Source of the DNA: Squalus acanthias
Lineage: Eukaryota
Direction: 5' to 3'
DNA: 64,000 nucleotides
Assembly (NCBI GenBank): GCA_030390025.1
Contig: CM059431.1
Span: 148,120,001 to 148,184,000, forward strand
In this document: piece after piece, positions 24,427 to 37,900 of the stretch
Layout: each line of letters begins with the position of its first letter
Numbering within the stretch: position 1 is the stretch's first letter
Notes under the pieces: generated by a model
What the model was told of the DNA's origin: nothing
The model's input: the letters and a program-made list of their open reading frames with translations, nothing else
Databases searched by the model: none
Made by a program: the position numbers and the translations under genes

Positions 24427-27050
24427 AGTGAAGGAATACGAATCGGCAAAGCATATATAGACAGAGAACAATGCCTGTGCAGCGTACAATGTCAGACGAC
24501 TACAGTTAATCTTTCTGACTGCCTTTTATCACACCTCGGCAGAGACAATCGGGTCAGTCAGGAAGACATTTTATCAAAGACATAGCAAAATACAACTAAG
24601 ACAATGAGATGGGGTCACAGGGGGTCTAATGTGTCAAATGCTGCAGTCTGTATGGAAAACCACAAACTTTAAACTTTTTACTTTTTTTACTATAAATCAC
24701 ATCTGTGAACAAGCCAACGACGACTCGAGTGTGGATGACTCTACATCAGATGGGGTTACATGTAGCGTGACATGAACCCAAGTGCCCGGTTGAGACCGTC
24801 CTAATGGGTGCAGAACTTGGCTATCAGTTTCTGCTCGATGATTTTGCATTGTCGTGTGTCTCGAAGGCCGCCTTGGAGAACGCTTACCTGCAGATCCGAG
24901 GCTGAATGTCCTTGACTGCTGAAGTGTTCCCCGACTGGGAGGTAACAATCCTGCCTGGCGATTGTTGAGCGGTGTCCGTTCATACGTTGTCGCAGTGTCT
25001 GCATGGTCTCGCCGATGTACCATGCTCTGGGGCATCCTTTTCTGAAACGTGTGAGGTAGACAACATTGGCCGAGTCACATGAGTATGTACCATGTACCTG
25101 GTGGGTAGTGTCCTCACGTGTGATGATGGTATCTGTGTTGATGATCTGGCATGTTTTGCAGAGTTTGCCGTGGCAGAGTTGTGTGGTGTCGTGGTCGCTG
25201 TTATCCTGAAAGCTGGGTTAATTTGCTGCGAACGATGGTACTTTTGAGGTTAGGCGGCTGTTTGTAGGCGAGTAGTGGAGGCGTGGGGATGGCCTTAGTG
25301 AAGTGTCCGTCGTCATCGATGACATGTTGAAGGCTGCGAATAACATGGCGTAGTTTCTCCGCTCCGGGGAAGTACTGGACGATGTAAGGTACTCTGTTGG
25401 TTGTGTCCCGTGTTCGCATTCTGAGGAGGTCTATGCGATTTTTCGCTGTGGCCCGTCGGAACTGTCGATCGACGAGTCGAGCGTCATATCCCATTCTTAT
25501 GAGGGCGTCTTTCAGCGTCCTTAGGTGTCCATCGCATTCCTCCTCGTCTGAGCAGATCCTGTGTATTCGCAGGGCTTGTCCATAGGGAATGGCTTCTTTA
25601 ACGTGGTTAGGGTGGAAGCTGGAGAAGTGGAGCATCGTGAGGTTGTCCATGGGCTTGCGGTAGAGTGAAGTGCTGAGGTGTCTGTCTTTGATGGAGATTC
25701 GTGTGTCCAGGAATGAAACCGATTCTGAGGAGTAGTCCATGGTGAGTTTGATGGTGGGATGCAACCTGTTGATGTTATCGTGTAGTCCTTTCAGTGATCC
25801 TTCGCCTTGGGTCCAAAGGAAGAAGATGTCGTCGATGTATCTGGTGTACAGCGTTGGTTGGAGGTCCTATGCAGCGAAGAAGTCTTGCTCGAACTGGTGC
25901 ATGAAGATGTTGGTATATTGGGGTGCGAATTTGGTCCCCATGGCTGTTCCGTGTGTTTGGGTAAAAAACTGGTAGTCGAAGGTGAAGACATTGTGGTCAA
26001 GGATGAAGCGGATGAGTTGTAGGATGGCGTCTGGAGATTGGCTGTTGTTGGTGTTGAGCACTGAGGCTGTCGCAGCGATGCCGTCATCGTGGGGGATATT
26101 GGTGCAGAGTGCCGATACGTCCATCGTGGCGAGGAGTGTTCCTGGTTCAACTTGTCCATGGGTGCTGAGTTGCTGCAAGAAGTTTGTAGTGTCGCGACAG
26201 AAGCTGGGGGTTCCCTGTACGATGGGTTTCAGGATGCCCTCGACGTACCCAGAGAGGTTCTCACACTGGGTTCCATTGCCTGATACGATAGGACATTCGG
26301 GTGTGTTGGCTTTGTGTTGGCTCAAAAGTACCATCGTTCGCAGCAAATTACCCAGCTGTCAGGAGAACAGCGACCACGACACCACACAACCCTGCCACGG
26401 CAACCTCTGCAAGACATGCCAGATCATCAACACAGATACCATCATCACACGTGAGGACACTACCCGCCAGGTAAATGGTACATACTCATGTGACTCGGCC
26501 AACGTTATCTACCTCATACGTTGCAGGAAAGAATGCCCGGCGGCATGGTACATCGGCGAGACCATGCAGACACTGAGACAACGTATGACCGGATACTGCG
26601 CAACAATCGCCAGGCAGGATTGTTACCTCCCAGTCGGGGAACACTTCAGCAGTCAGGAACATTCAGCCTCGGATCTGCGTGTTAGCGTTCTCCAAGGCGG
26701 CCTTCGAGACACAAGACAACGCAAAATCATCGAGCAGAAACTGATAGCAAAGTTCGCACCCATGAGGACGGCCTCAAAAGGGATCTCGGGTTCATGTCAC
26801 GCTACAGAATGTGAATCGACATCGTTGTCTGTCTTTCCAGTTTTTAAATAAAAACACAAAACAACAAAAAAGTTAAAAGCTTAACTGCAGACGGCAGCAT
26901 TTGACACGTTGGACCCCCTGTGACCCACCTCATTGTCTTAGCTGTACTCTGATGTGTCTTTGATGTAATGCCTCGCTAACAGATTGTATCTCTGCAGGCA
27001 AATTGTTCTCTGTGCATATATACTGTGTAATAGATTCCCTCAGTGTACCT

Positions 27051-27087
27051 TTACCTGAAGAAGGAGCGGAGCTCCGAAAGCTCGTAA
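27051..27087 (+). ncRNA. Minimal type I hammerhead ribozyme (Penelope-associated)
   Basis: UUAC-CUGAAGA-A-GGAGC-GGA-GCUCC-GAAA-GC-UC-GUAA. Stem I UUAC/GUAA is a compensatory variant of the 24389 copy. Confidence 0.75.
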
Positions 27088-27176
27088 TTTTAAATAAAAC
27101 TGTTGGACTATAACCTGGTGTTGTGCGACTTCTCATTTTTGTCCACCCTAGTCCAACACCGGCATCTCCGCATCAT

Positions 27177-27760
27177 GACCATTGGTGAGACCACACCTTG
27201 AGTACTGTGTGCAATTTTGGTCGCCTTATCTGAGGAAGGATGTTCTTGCCATGGAAGGAGTTCAGCGAAGATTCACAAGGCTGATACCTGGGATGGCAGG
27301 ATTGACGTATGAAGAGAGATTGGGTCGATTGGGCTTATACTCGCTGGAGTTTAGAAGAATGAGAGGGGATCTCATTGAAACTTATAAAAGTCTGACAGGA
27401 CAGGAACACTAGATGCAGGAAGGATGTTCCCGATGGTCCTGAAGTCCAGAACCAGGGGTCACAGTCTAAGGATAAGGGGTAAGCCATTTAGGACAGAAAT
27501 TAGGAGGAATTTCTTCACCCAGAGAGTGGTGAACCTTTGGAATTCTCTGCCTCACAAGGCAGTAGAGGCCAATTCATTAAATAGATTCAAGAAGGAGTTG
27601 GATATATTTCTTAAGGCTAAAGGGATCAAGGGATATGGGGAGAAAGCAGGGGCAAGGTACTGAATTTGGATGATCAGCCATGGTCGCATTGAATGGCGGA
27701 GCAGGCTAGAGGGGCCGAATGGCCTACTCCTTCTCCTATCTTCTGTGATTCTATGATTCC
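27177..27760 (+). mobile_element. CR1 LINE 3' end
   Basis: [15 protein letters not shown]...[12 protein letters not shown]; (GATTCTAT)n tail. Confidence 0.9.
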
Positions 27761-28975
27761 TCAGGGCCCTGTCCTAGGCCCAACTGTCTTCAGCTGCTTC
27801 ATCAATGACCTTTACTCCAACATAAGTTGAGAAATGGGGAAATTCGCTGGTGACTGCACAGTGTTCAGTACCATTCACAACTCCTCAGATAATGAAGCAG
27901 TCCGTGCCCGTGTGCAACAAGACCTGGACGACATTCAGGCTTGGACTGATAAGTGGCAGGTAACATTCGCACTGCAGAAGTGCCAGGCAATGACTATCTC
28001 CAAAAAGCGAGAGTGTAACCACCGCCCCTTGACATTCAATGGCATTGCCATCGACGAATCCCCCACCATCAACATCAAGGTGTCACCATTGACCAGAAAT
28101 TTAACTGGACCAGCCACATAAATATTGTGGCAACAAGAGCGGGTCAGAGGCTCGGTATTCTGCGGCGATTGTCTCACCTCCTGACCACCCAACGCCTTTC
28201 CACCATCTACAAGCCACAAGTAAGGAGTGTGATGGAATACTCTCCACAAAAACATAGGTACATAGAAAAATAGGAGCATGTGTAGGCCATTCGGCCCTTC
28301 GAGCCTGCTCTGTCATTCAATATGAACATGGCTGATCTCAATACCATATTCCCGCTCTCTCCCCATACCCATTGATGTCTTTTGTGTCTTGAAATCTATC
28401 TATCTCCTTCTTAAGTATATTCAGTGACTTGGCCTCCACAGCCTTCTGTGGTAGAGAATTCCACAGGTTCACCACCCTCTGAGTGAAGAAATTTCTCCTC
28501 ATCTCAGTCCTAAATGTCCTACCCCGTATCCTCACACAATTGCCTGGATGGGTGCAGCTCCAACAAGACTCAAGAAGCTCGACACCGTCCAGGACAAAGC
28601 AGCCCGCTTGTTTGGTACCCCATCGAACACATTAAACATTCACTCCCTCCAACACTGTGGTACTTTGGCTGCAGTGTGTACCATCTACAAGATGCACTGT
28701 AGCGGACAAGGGCAGCAGGTGCATGGGAACTCCACCACCTCCAAGTTCTCCTCCAAATCACACACCATCCTGACTTGGAAGTATATCGCCGTTCCTTCAT
28801 CGTCGCTGGGTCGAAAACCTGGAACTCCCTCCCTAACAGCACTGTGGGCGTACCTTCACCACGCGGACTGCAGCGGTTCAAGAGGTCGACTCACCACCAC
28901 CTTCTCAAGGGCAATTAGGAATGGACAATAAATGCTGGCCTTGCCAGCGCCGCTCAGATCGCAAGAATGAATTAA
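27761..28975 (+). mobile_element. Family B LINE 3' fragment interrupted by a minus-strand CR1 tail (~28247-28530)
   Basis: RT-like KFAGDCTVFS...QAWTDKWQVTF and the family B tail. The insert carries a CR1 tail motif. Confidence 0.8.
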
Positions 28976-29379
28976 AATGATTTATTAATGGTCAGAATGA
29001 TTTATAAAGTGTTATAAAGATTTATTAATGATGATAATGATTTTTAAAGGGTTATAATGCTTTATTAATGGTGATAATGATTTATAACGATTTATAATGT
29101 TTTATTATTAGTCAGAATGATTTATAAAGGGTTGAAAAAAATTGTAAAGTTTTATAATGTTTTATAAAGTTCTGGTGCCGGGCCTCCTCCTCCCCGGGCC
29201 GGGCTGCACCCTCTCGCCGCCCGCTCGCTCCCAGGGTAACTGGATCGCCCGCTACTGCCGCCCTCCGGACGCTCGCCTCCCGCCGCCACTGCCACGGCAT
29301 CGGTTCTGTGAAAGAGGAAACCACAATGAAGGCAACCCGCATGCGGGGAAAGTCCTGGAGTGAGAGAAAGAGAGAGAGA

Positions 29380-29640
29380 GAGAGCCGCCATCTTTGTGCG
29401 GGAGGCCGTAGCCGTCATTTCTGTGCGGGGCGCCGTAGCCGCCATATTTGTGTGGGGCGGCAGGGCCGCCATCTTTGTGCGGGGCGCGGGTGTCACCATC
29501 TTTGTGCTGGGGCAGGAGAGCGTGGCGGGTGCCAGTGCTTCGCTCATTGAGAGGTGCCGCCATCTTTGACTAGGTCATGGCGCGGGCGGGGGTTGCGCTG
29601 CTTCAGGCGGCGCGTTAGGGGCGGCCATCTTTGTCTAGGG
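29380..29640. promoter_or_regulatory. GC-rich array of YY1-type motifs (~27-bp spacing) downstream of GPCR copy 2
   Basis: GCCGCCATCTTTG variants at ~29385, 29410, 29438, 29465, 29492, 29556 and 29622. Confidence 0.45.
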
Positions 29641-29803
29641 CACTGGTGCCTTTCCAGAGGGGCCTGACAGATGGCCGCGCCACTCACAGGGAGCCCAGTG
29701 GAGACAGTGTGTGAGTGAGCGTGTTAATGTCCCCAGATCACTGGCGGCTCACTCAAAATATCAGGCCCAGGGAACTCTCAGGCTGCAAAGTCTCCGCTTC
29801 TTC

Positions 29804-30702
29804 TCATCCTTTAATGAATTTTACAATCAGAGTAAATGGATATTTCCCCATATTCTTCAACTGCTCTCTGAACTTAGTCTGGGTCAGGGCATAAATCCCA
29901 GTGTTTGTGCAGCAACTCAGCAGCTGCAGCATCATTCCCATTTCCTGTACATAAAGAGGTATTTCTAGCTTAGACCCGAAAGACAACATCCGGTTCGTTA
30001 TATAACACACCATAAACACAGCCCATAACAGGATGAAATTGCCGGAGATAACAAGCAGTAAAATGATGGATTTCCTGCGGCTCTCCATCTCTGGGTCTCT
30101 GGGACTCTCCCCACTGCTGGGACCCCGGAGTCTCCTGCGGGCTCTGCTGGCCACTAAAATGTGTCTGACGGTGACAGCATTGAGCAGCAGAATCACAACA
30201 AATGGGAGCCCCGGCGTGAGAATATAATGAAGGAACTCGATTGCTCCCCAGAACTGTGACAACCAAACTTGCATTGTTACATCACAAAACCAAGGTTGGT
30301 TCCGAAGCTTATACCGATCTGTGAACATAAAATACCAGAAGATGTTCTTTGAACCGCTCAGCACAGTCACTGTGCCCAGAACCACAGCCGCCGTTTTCTC
30401 GGTGCAATATTTAGTTTTCAGCTTCTGGCAACAAATGGCCACAAATCGATCAAAGGTGAAAGTGACGGTGAACCAGACAGAACAGTCTGTGGCTGCATAA
30501 AGCAGGACTGCGTGGATATTACACACGGGGATGGATTTGACGAAATAAAACGGTCTCCAATAAACAATCGGAATCTGCCTCAATATCAGGTCGAGGATAA
30601 CGACCAGTAGATCCGCCGCTGCCATGGCCACCAGGTAGCGAGTGACACATTTGGAGAGACCGCACTTTACCCGAGACAGGATCACAAGCGTCACTAAGTT
30701 CA
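29804..30702 (-). CDS. Exon 2 of intact GPR139/GPR142-like class A GPCR, copy 2
   Basis: Acceptor tttcccttgctcacAG at 30703-30704. Open frame to TGA at 29804. TM1-TM7 with LVAMAAADLL, TFDRFVAIC, ECL2 Cys (PWFC) and SCCTNTGIY. Confidence 0.92.
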
Positions 30703-31676
30703 CTGTGAGCAAGGGAAATAAACAGGGAAATTATACATCAGGCTGGGATGGGAGCAAGAACAGCAGTTTGATGGAAAACGAGGTGAAATCTTAGAATCAA
30801 TAGCGAGATTCATTGATATAATCTAATTATATTACCTGTGGAGCTGAATAGAGGGTTTATTGTAAGAATAATCGGGAATACATGGTTGAATCAATAAATG
30901 AAACGGGGATAAATACATCATGAAATTAACAGATGTTTGATCAATGAGATATTAAATGATAGATCTGCCGATAGCCCAGCAGACAAAAGCTCCGCCCGAG
31001 GTACCAGGGACACGAAGGACCAGAACCTCTCAGGAAGCCTTCGTGTCCTGGGATCAGTCAGCATTTGGAGCGGAGCAATTCGCTTCTATGCCCCTTATGT
31101 GAGGGAAGCGAAATCCCGCTTGGATTCCTGCTGCTGGTGAGAATATCCATTATATTTAGGACTGAAAATGAATGCAACTGCATAATACAGATACTGCAAT
31201 CTTGGCGTGCAATAATTACAGGCAATTGTATTAAAAATGTACGGATGTAATATGCAAATGCTAAGATAATAAATACAAGTGCACTGCAGTTATAAAGATA
31301 ACGGGGCTGTAAGAAGTGTTTTGAAGATTGTGCTTTCTACAGTATTGTTGAAATATACAAATTCTAGCTCATTGAAAGGAAGATTTTCCAAATAACATTG
31401 CAAAGAATGGACACTAATTAAATTAAATAGTTATCATTGGCCAGATCATATCCTACTAATTACATTTATTAGCATCATACTAACGCGACTTATCCAACAG
31501 GCAAAGAGCTGCCGAATGTTTTTGTAAAGTATCTGAACAAAAATGGAAGAGATTTATCCTGGTACTTATTAACCTGTTGGTTTCCAACTTGTGCAGATAA
31601 TATTAGCAGAGAAAATATGAAAGGATTTTCTTAAGCTCAGTACTTCAGTTACAATCAGCTAGGATTGTTTATCCAG

Positions 31677-32030
31677 GAACTCCCAGGGCCACCAATATTA
31701 CACTGCTCCCGCCTCAGTCCAGGAATCTAATTCTCTGGGCCACCAATATTACACTGCTCCCGCCTCAGTCCAGGAATGTCATTCTCTGGGCAACCTAGAT
31801 TACACTGCTGCGATAGCAAAATACTGCGGATGCTGGAAATCCGAAATAACAACAGAAAACGCTGGAAAAACTCAGCAGGCCAGGCAACATCCGTGGAGAG
31901 AGAAAGAGAGTTAACGTTTCAGGTCGAAACCCTTCGTCGGATTACACTGCTCCCGCCTCAGTCCAGGAATGTCATTCTCTGGGCCACCTAGATTACACTG
32001 CTCCCGCCTTAGTCCAGCAAGTTGATTCCC
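31677..32030. repeat. ~43-46-bp tandem repeat (TTACACTGCTCCCGCCTCAGTCCAGGAAT...) interrupted by a Penelope terminal fragment (31812-31940)
   Basis: Direct repeats; the insert matches 44465-44560. Confidence 0.75.
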
Positions 32031-32249
32031 AGGGCGTTGTGATTGCCTGAATTCGAAAAAATCATCAAATTAATTCTAATGATTGACATCAAAAAAGCCA
32101 ATCTTGTAATGGTTCTTTACAGAGGTGGAGAAAATAATAAAACGAGCAAAGGTTTGACACCAATGAATCAAAGGAACATGCTTAAATTGTTAACCAATGA
32201 GGTAAATACCCTGTAACCGTCTCCATACTCCATGAAACGCTCTGGAAAC

Positions 32250-32900
32250 ATTGAATTCTCGCACAGTCATATTCACAGAACCATACCTATCAGTCAACAT
32301 TCCCGACTCCTCCTTTACCTTCCCAAGGTATATCCTGTTCCACCGGCAGGGCAGACTCACCAGAGGCGGTGGCACAGGGGTATGCAATCGGCTGGGAGAG
32401 ATCCTGCGAGTCCTCAACATTGCCCAAGGACATAATGAAGTCTCACGGCTTCCAGTCAGACATGGGCAAGGTCACTTCCTGATGATTACCGCCTACCGCC
32501 CTCATTCAGCTGATGAATCAGCACATCTTCATGCTGAACACCAGTTGATGGGAGCACCGAGAGCAGAAAGGGCACAACATATAACGCTCTGGGTGGGGAG
32601 GGGGAGACTTCAATGTCCATCACCAAGAGTGACTCAGGATGCACCATCATTAACTGAGCCCTGAAGAACAGAGCTGCCAGTCTGGGATTGCGGCAGGTGG
32701 TGGGAGAACCAACACGGAAAAATATCCTGCATGACCTCGTCTTCACCAATCTACCTATCGCATATATATCTGTCCATGACGATATTAGTAGGACTGACCA
32801 CCGCAAAATATTTGTTCAGAATAAGTCTCGCCTTCACACTGAGGACACCATCCATCGTATCATGTGCCACTACCATCGTGCTCAGTGGGATGAAATTAGA
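32250..32900 (+). mobile_element. LINE APE-endonuclease fragment (probably family B)
   Basis: IFTEPYLS...RGGGTGV, VGEPTRKNILHDLVFTNL, SRTDH. Confidence 0.75.
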
Positions 32901-33054
32901 CAGATTCAAGCGATCCCACAACCATCAGATCAGATTATTTCAATGCTGTCATTTCCTTTCGTGAAGGTAGTGAACAATTAAGCCGTTTCCCCATAGTCTT
33001 TAAAATGTCTCCTTTTCAAGTATTTATCGAATTACCTTTTGAAAGTTTCTATTA

Positions 33055-33450
33055 AGAAAGAAAGACTTGCATTTATAGAGCGCCTTTCACCACCTTGGGA
33101 TGTCCCAAAGCACTTTACAGCCAAATAAATACTTTTGAAGTGCTGTCCGTGTTATACTTTAGGAAACACGGCAGCCAGTTTGTGCCCAGCAAGTTCCCAC
33201 AAACAACATTGCAATAACGACCAGTTGATCTATTTCAGTAATAATAATTGAGATAAATATTGGCCGGAACACTGGGGAAAACTCCGCTGCTCTTCTTCGA
33301 ATGGTGCCATGGGATCTTTTACATCCACCTGAGAGAGAGCAGACTCGGCCTCGGTTTAACGTCGCATCCGAAAGACAGCCCCTCCAACAATACAGTGCTC
33401 CCTCAATACTGTCCCTCCGACAGTGCAGTGCTCCCTCAGCACTGGCAGAT
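33055..33450 (-). mobile_element. DeuSINE-like SINE
   Basis: Tail AAGAAAGAAAGACTTGCATTTATAGAGCGCC and central CCTCGGTTTAACGTCGCATCCGAAAGAC...CAGTGCAGTGCTCCCTCAG. Family assignment is from recalled consensus. Confidence 0.6.
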
Positions 33451-33454
33451 GGCT

Positions 33455-34935
33455 CGCATCCCAGGTTGCTATGGGAATTTGGGGAGGAGATTGCGGAAGG
33501 GCTTGCCACAATTTTCCAATCTTCCCTAGATGCGGGGAGCTTCCTCAGGATTTGAAAGTGGCAAATTTGACAGCATGTTCAAGAAAGGGTGTAAGGACAA
33601 TCCTAGTAACTACAGGCCGGTCAGTTTAACATCAGTGGTGGGTAAACTTTTAGTAACAATAATCAGGGAAAAAAGTAACGGGCACATGGAGAGGTTTAAG
33701 CTAATTAAGGAGAGCCAACACGGATTTGTAAAAGGCAGATCGTGTTTGACTGATCTAATTTAATTTTTTGATGAAGTAACAGAGAGGATTGATGAAGGGA
33801 ATGCAATGGATATTGTTTACATGGATTTTCGGAAGGCGTTTGACAAAGTACAACATAGAAGGCTGGTTAACAAAATTGAGGCTCATGCAATAGGTGTGTC
33901 AGTGGCAGCTTGGATAAGGAATTGGCTTAAGGACAGGAAACAGTGAGTTGCGGTAAATGGCTGTTTTCAGACTGGAGGATGGTAGACAGTGGTGTTCCCC
34001 AAGGGTCAGTGCTGGGGCCAAGCTTTTTAGATATATATATATAAATAAATGAGCTGGATATTGGAATACGGAGAAGAATTTCTAAATTTGCCGATGACGC
34101 CAAACTTGGGGGTGTGGCAAACAGTGAAGATGATACCAATCGACTGCAACAGGACATAGAAAGGCTAGCAGAATGGGCAGATAAGTGGCAGATGGAATTT
34201 AATACAGAGAAGTGTGAGGTGATGCATTTTGACAGAAGAGACAGGGAGAGGCAATATACACTTAATGAAACAGTTTTAAAGAGTGGGCAGGGACAGAGGG
34301 ACCTGGGAGTTAATGTGCATAGGTCCCTGAAGGTGGCAGGACATATTGAGAGAGTGGTTAGCAAAGCATTTGGGATCTTGGGCTTCATAAATAGAGGTAT
34401 TGAGAACAAAAGTAGAGAAGTTATGCTGAACCTTTATAAAGTGCTGGTTAGGCCACAACTGGAGTATTGTGTCCAGTTCTGGTCACCTCACCTTACGCAG
34501 GATGTGAAGACCCTTGAGAGGGTGCGGAGGAGCTGTGCAAGAATGGTTCCGGGGATGGGGTATCTTAGCTACAAGGACAGGTTGGAGAAGCTGGATTTGT
34601 TTTCATTGGAGCAAAGGATGTTGAGGGGTGATTTGATAGAGGTGTACAAGATTATGACGGGTTTGGATAGGCGAGACGGGGAAAGGCTGTTGTTCCCACT
34701 AGTTGATTGTACAAGGACTAGAGGACACAGATTTAAGGTTTTGCGCAAGAGATATGGAGGATGGGAGGAAAAACGTTTTTATGCAGCGAGTGGTGAGGAC
34801 CTGGAACTCGCTGCGGACAGAAGTGGTGGAAGCGGAGACACTCAATGTTTTCAAGGGGAGACTGGATAGGCACTTGAGGGAAATAAACTTGCAAGGGCTA
34901 CGGAGATAGATTGGGGCTACAGGAGAGCGAGCCTG
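33455..34935 (+). mobile_element. CR1 LINE RT and 3' region (second subfamily); its tail resumes at ~38460-38548
   Basis: [41 protein letters not shown]. Confidence 0.88.
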
Positions 34936-34939
34936 GCAC

Positions 34940-37900
34940 AGCGAAAACCGATCTGGGAGGGTAAGAAATAGAAAGATTCAAAGCGTGACCTCATAGGAAA
35001 GCAGGGAAGCGATTGGCTGGTCAGTTTTTCTCTATTTTTCTTGGACATTGGTTTAAATTAAGAGCCGGGATTAAAAGCTAAACGTTCAAAATTTACGCAT
35101 TTAATTAATTAAATACATTAGAGATGGCAGGGCAGGCGATGTGTTACTGCTGCAACATATAGGAGCTGGTGGACACCATTGAGGTGCACGGCGACCACAT
35201 TTGCAGTAAGTGTTGGTTGCTCGAGGAACTTCGGCTCCGTGTTGATGAGCTGGAGTCCGAGCTTCAGATACTGCGAAACATCAGGGAGGGGGAGAGTTAC
35301 CTGGATGCTGTGTTCTAGGAGGCAGTCACACCCCTTAGATTAATTAATTCAAGTTTGTTCCGTGGTCAAGGACAGGTGGGTGTGACTGCGAGCGAGGCAG
35401 GTATGGGGAAACAGGGGGTAGTGCTGGAGGAGCCTCAGCCCTTGCTCTTGGCCAACAATTACGTGGTTCTTACTCTCTGTGTGTGGGTGAGAGCAGGAAC
35501 TGCAGTGAGGATGAGCAAACTGAACACAGCACCGTGGTACAGGTAACCATTCAAGTGGGGGGAACAAAAAGACATGTGTTAGTGGTAGGGGACAGTATAG
35601 TTAGAGGGATAGACACTGTTCTCTGCAGCCAAGAGCGTGAGTCCTGAAGGTTGTGTTGCCTGTCCGGTGCCAGGGTAAAGGACATCTCCTCTGGGTTGGG
35701 GAGGAACTTAAAGTGGGAGGGGAAAGATCCTGTTGTCGTGGTCCATGTCTGTACCGAAGACATAGGTAGGACAAAGGAAGAGGTTCTGCTTAGGGAGTAT
35801 GAGCAGCTAAGGACTAATTTAAAAGCAGAACCACAAAGGGAATAATCTCTGGATTACTACCTGAGCCACGTGCAAATTGGCATAGGGTGAATAAGATCAG
35901 AGAGATGAACGAGTGGCTCATCGATTGGTGTGGGAGAAATGAGTTTCGATTCTTGGGGCACTGGCAGCAGTACTGGGGTAAGAGGGAGCTGTTCCGTCAG
36001 GACGAAAACCATTTCTCCCACACCAATCTTCCAGCCACTCGAAGAGTTCTTAGAATGTATGCGGGCTGGTTTCTTGGAACAATACGCTGTGGAACCAACA
36101 AGTCCGCAGACTATTTTAGATCTGGTTATGTGCAACGAGGCTGGATTAATTAATGATCTCGAAGTGAAAGATCCTCTCGGGAAGAGTGATGATAGCATGG
36201 TAAAATTTCAAATTCAGTTTGAGGGTGAGAAAGCTAGGTCTCAAACTAGTGCCCTGAAATTAAATAAAGGTAATTACAAAGGTATGAAGGCAGACTTGGT
36301 TAATGTGGACAGGGACAATATATGATAAGACTGTAGAAAAGCAGTGGCAAAGGAGATATTTCATAACTCTGAGCAAAGATATATTCCAGTGAGAAGGAAA
36401 GCCTCTAAGAGAAGGATGAAACATCCGTGGCTAACTAAGGAAGTAAAGGATGGTATCAAATTGAAAACAAAGGCTTACAATGTTGTGAAGAATCGTGGTA
36501 GGCCAGAGGATTGGGAAATTTTAAAAACCAGCAAAGACAACTAAAACAATGATAGAGAGCGAGAAGGTAGCTTATGAGAGTAAGATGCAAGAAATATAAA
36601 AACAGACAGTAAGAGCTTCTACAGGTATATAAAAAGGAATAGAGTAGCTAAAGTAATCGCTGGTCCCCTAGAGGATTCGACTGGCGAATTAATAATTGGA
36701 AACAATGAAATGGCGGAGACATTTTAACAAATATTTTGTTTCGGTCTTCAAGGTAGAAGACACTAAAAGATTCCCAATAATGGATAATCAAGGGGCTATT
36801 CGGGGGTGGGGGGGGGGGGGACGTAAAATAATCACTATCACTAGCGAAAAAGTACTAGGCAAACTAATGGGATTAAAGGTGGACAAGTCCCCTGGACCCG
36901 ATGGCCTGCATCCTAGGGTCTTTAAAGAGGTGGCTGCAGAGACAGTGGATCCATTGGTTGTAATCTACCAAAATTCCCTGGATTCTGGAGAGGTCCCAGC
37001 GGACTGGAAAACCTCAAATCTAACACCCCTATATAAGAAAGGAGGGAGACAGAAAGTAAACATCTATAGACCAGTTAGCCTAATATCTATCATTGGGAAA
37101 ATGCTGGAGTCCATCATTAAGGAAGTGCTAGCAGGACATTTAGAAAATCACAATATAATCAAGCAGAGTCAGCATGGTTTTATGAAAGGGAAATCATGTT
37201 TGACAAATTTGCTGGAGTTCTTTGAGGATGTAACGAGCAGGGTGGATAAAGGGGAACCAGCAGATGTCGTGTATTTGGATTTCCAAAAGGCATTCGATAA
37301 GTTGCCACGTAAAAGGTTACTGCACAAGAAAAGAGCTCACGGGGTTGGGGGTAATATATTAGATTGGATAGAGAATTGGCTAACTAACAGAAACCAGAGA
37401 GTCGGGATAAATGGGTCAGTTTCAGTTTGGCAAACTGTAACTAGTGGGGTGCCGACGGGATCAGTGCAGGGGCTTCAACTATTTGCAATCTATATTAATG
37501 ACTTGTAACCAAATTTGCTGATGATACAAAGATAGGTGGGAAAGCAAATTGTGTGGAGGACACAAAGAATCTCCAAAGGGATATAAATAGGCTAAGTGAG
37601 TGAGCAAAAATTTGGCATATGGAGTATAATGTGGGAAAATGCGAGGTTATCCACTTTGGTAGGAAAAATAAAAAAGCAAATTATTATTTAAATGGGGAGA
37701 GATTACAAAATGCTGAGGTACAGAGGGATCTGGGGGTCCTTGTACATGAATCACAAAAAGTTAGCATGCAGGTACAGCAAATATTTAGGAAGGCAAATGG
37801 AGTGTTGGCCTTTATTGCAAAGGGAATGGAATATACAAGTAGGGAATTCCCGTTACAACTCTACAGGGCATTGGTGAGACCACACCTGGGGTGCTCCGTG

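Larger units (their letters stand above)
24300..27176. mobile_element. Penelope-like retroelement with inverted terminal duplication (RT plus GIY-YIG on minus; inverted GIY-YIG/3' end on plus)
   Basis: RT motifs TMDVSALCTNI, GTAMG, RYIDD (minus 25201-26314). GIY-YIG NVIYLIRC...WYIGETMQTLRQRM with a Cys motif (plus 26320-26810). 24300-25245 is the inverted copy of 26320-27176. Confidence 0.92.

Noticed and set aside
25982..26851. 289-aa ORF as a novel gene
   Set aside because: A chimera of antisense Penelope RT and sense GIY-YIG across the inversion junction near 26320.
30703..30712. ORF-track starts for the GPCRs (30712 'MLTV', 10763 'MNLV')
   Set aside because: Non-ATG codons at or upstream of the splice acceptor; the true N-termini come from the upstream exons.
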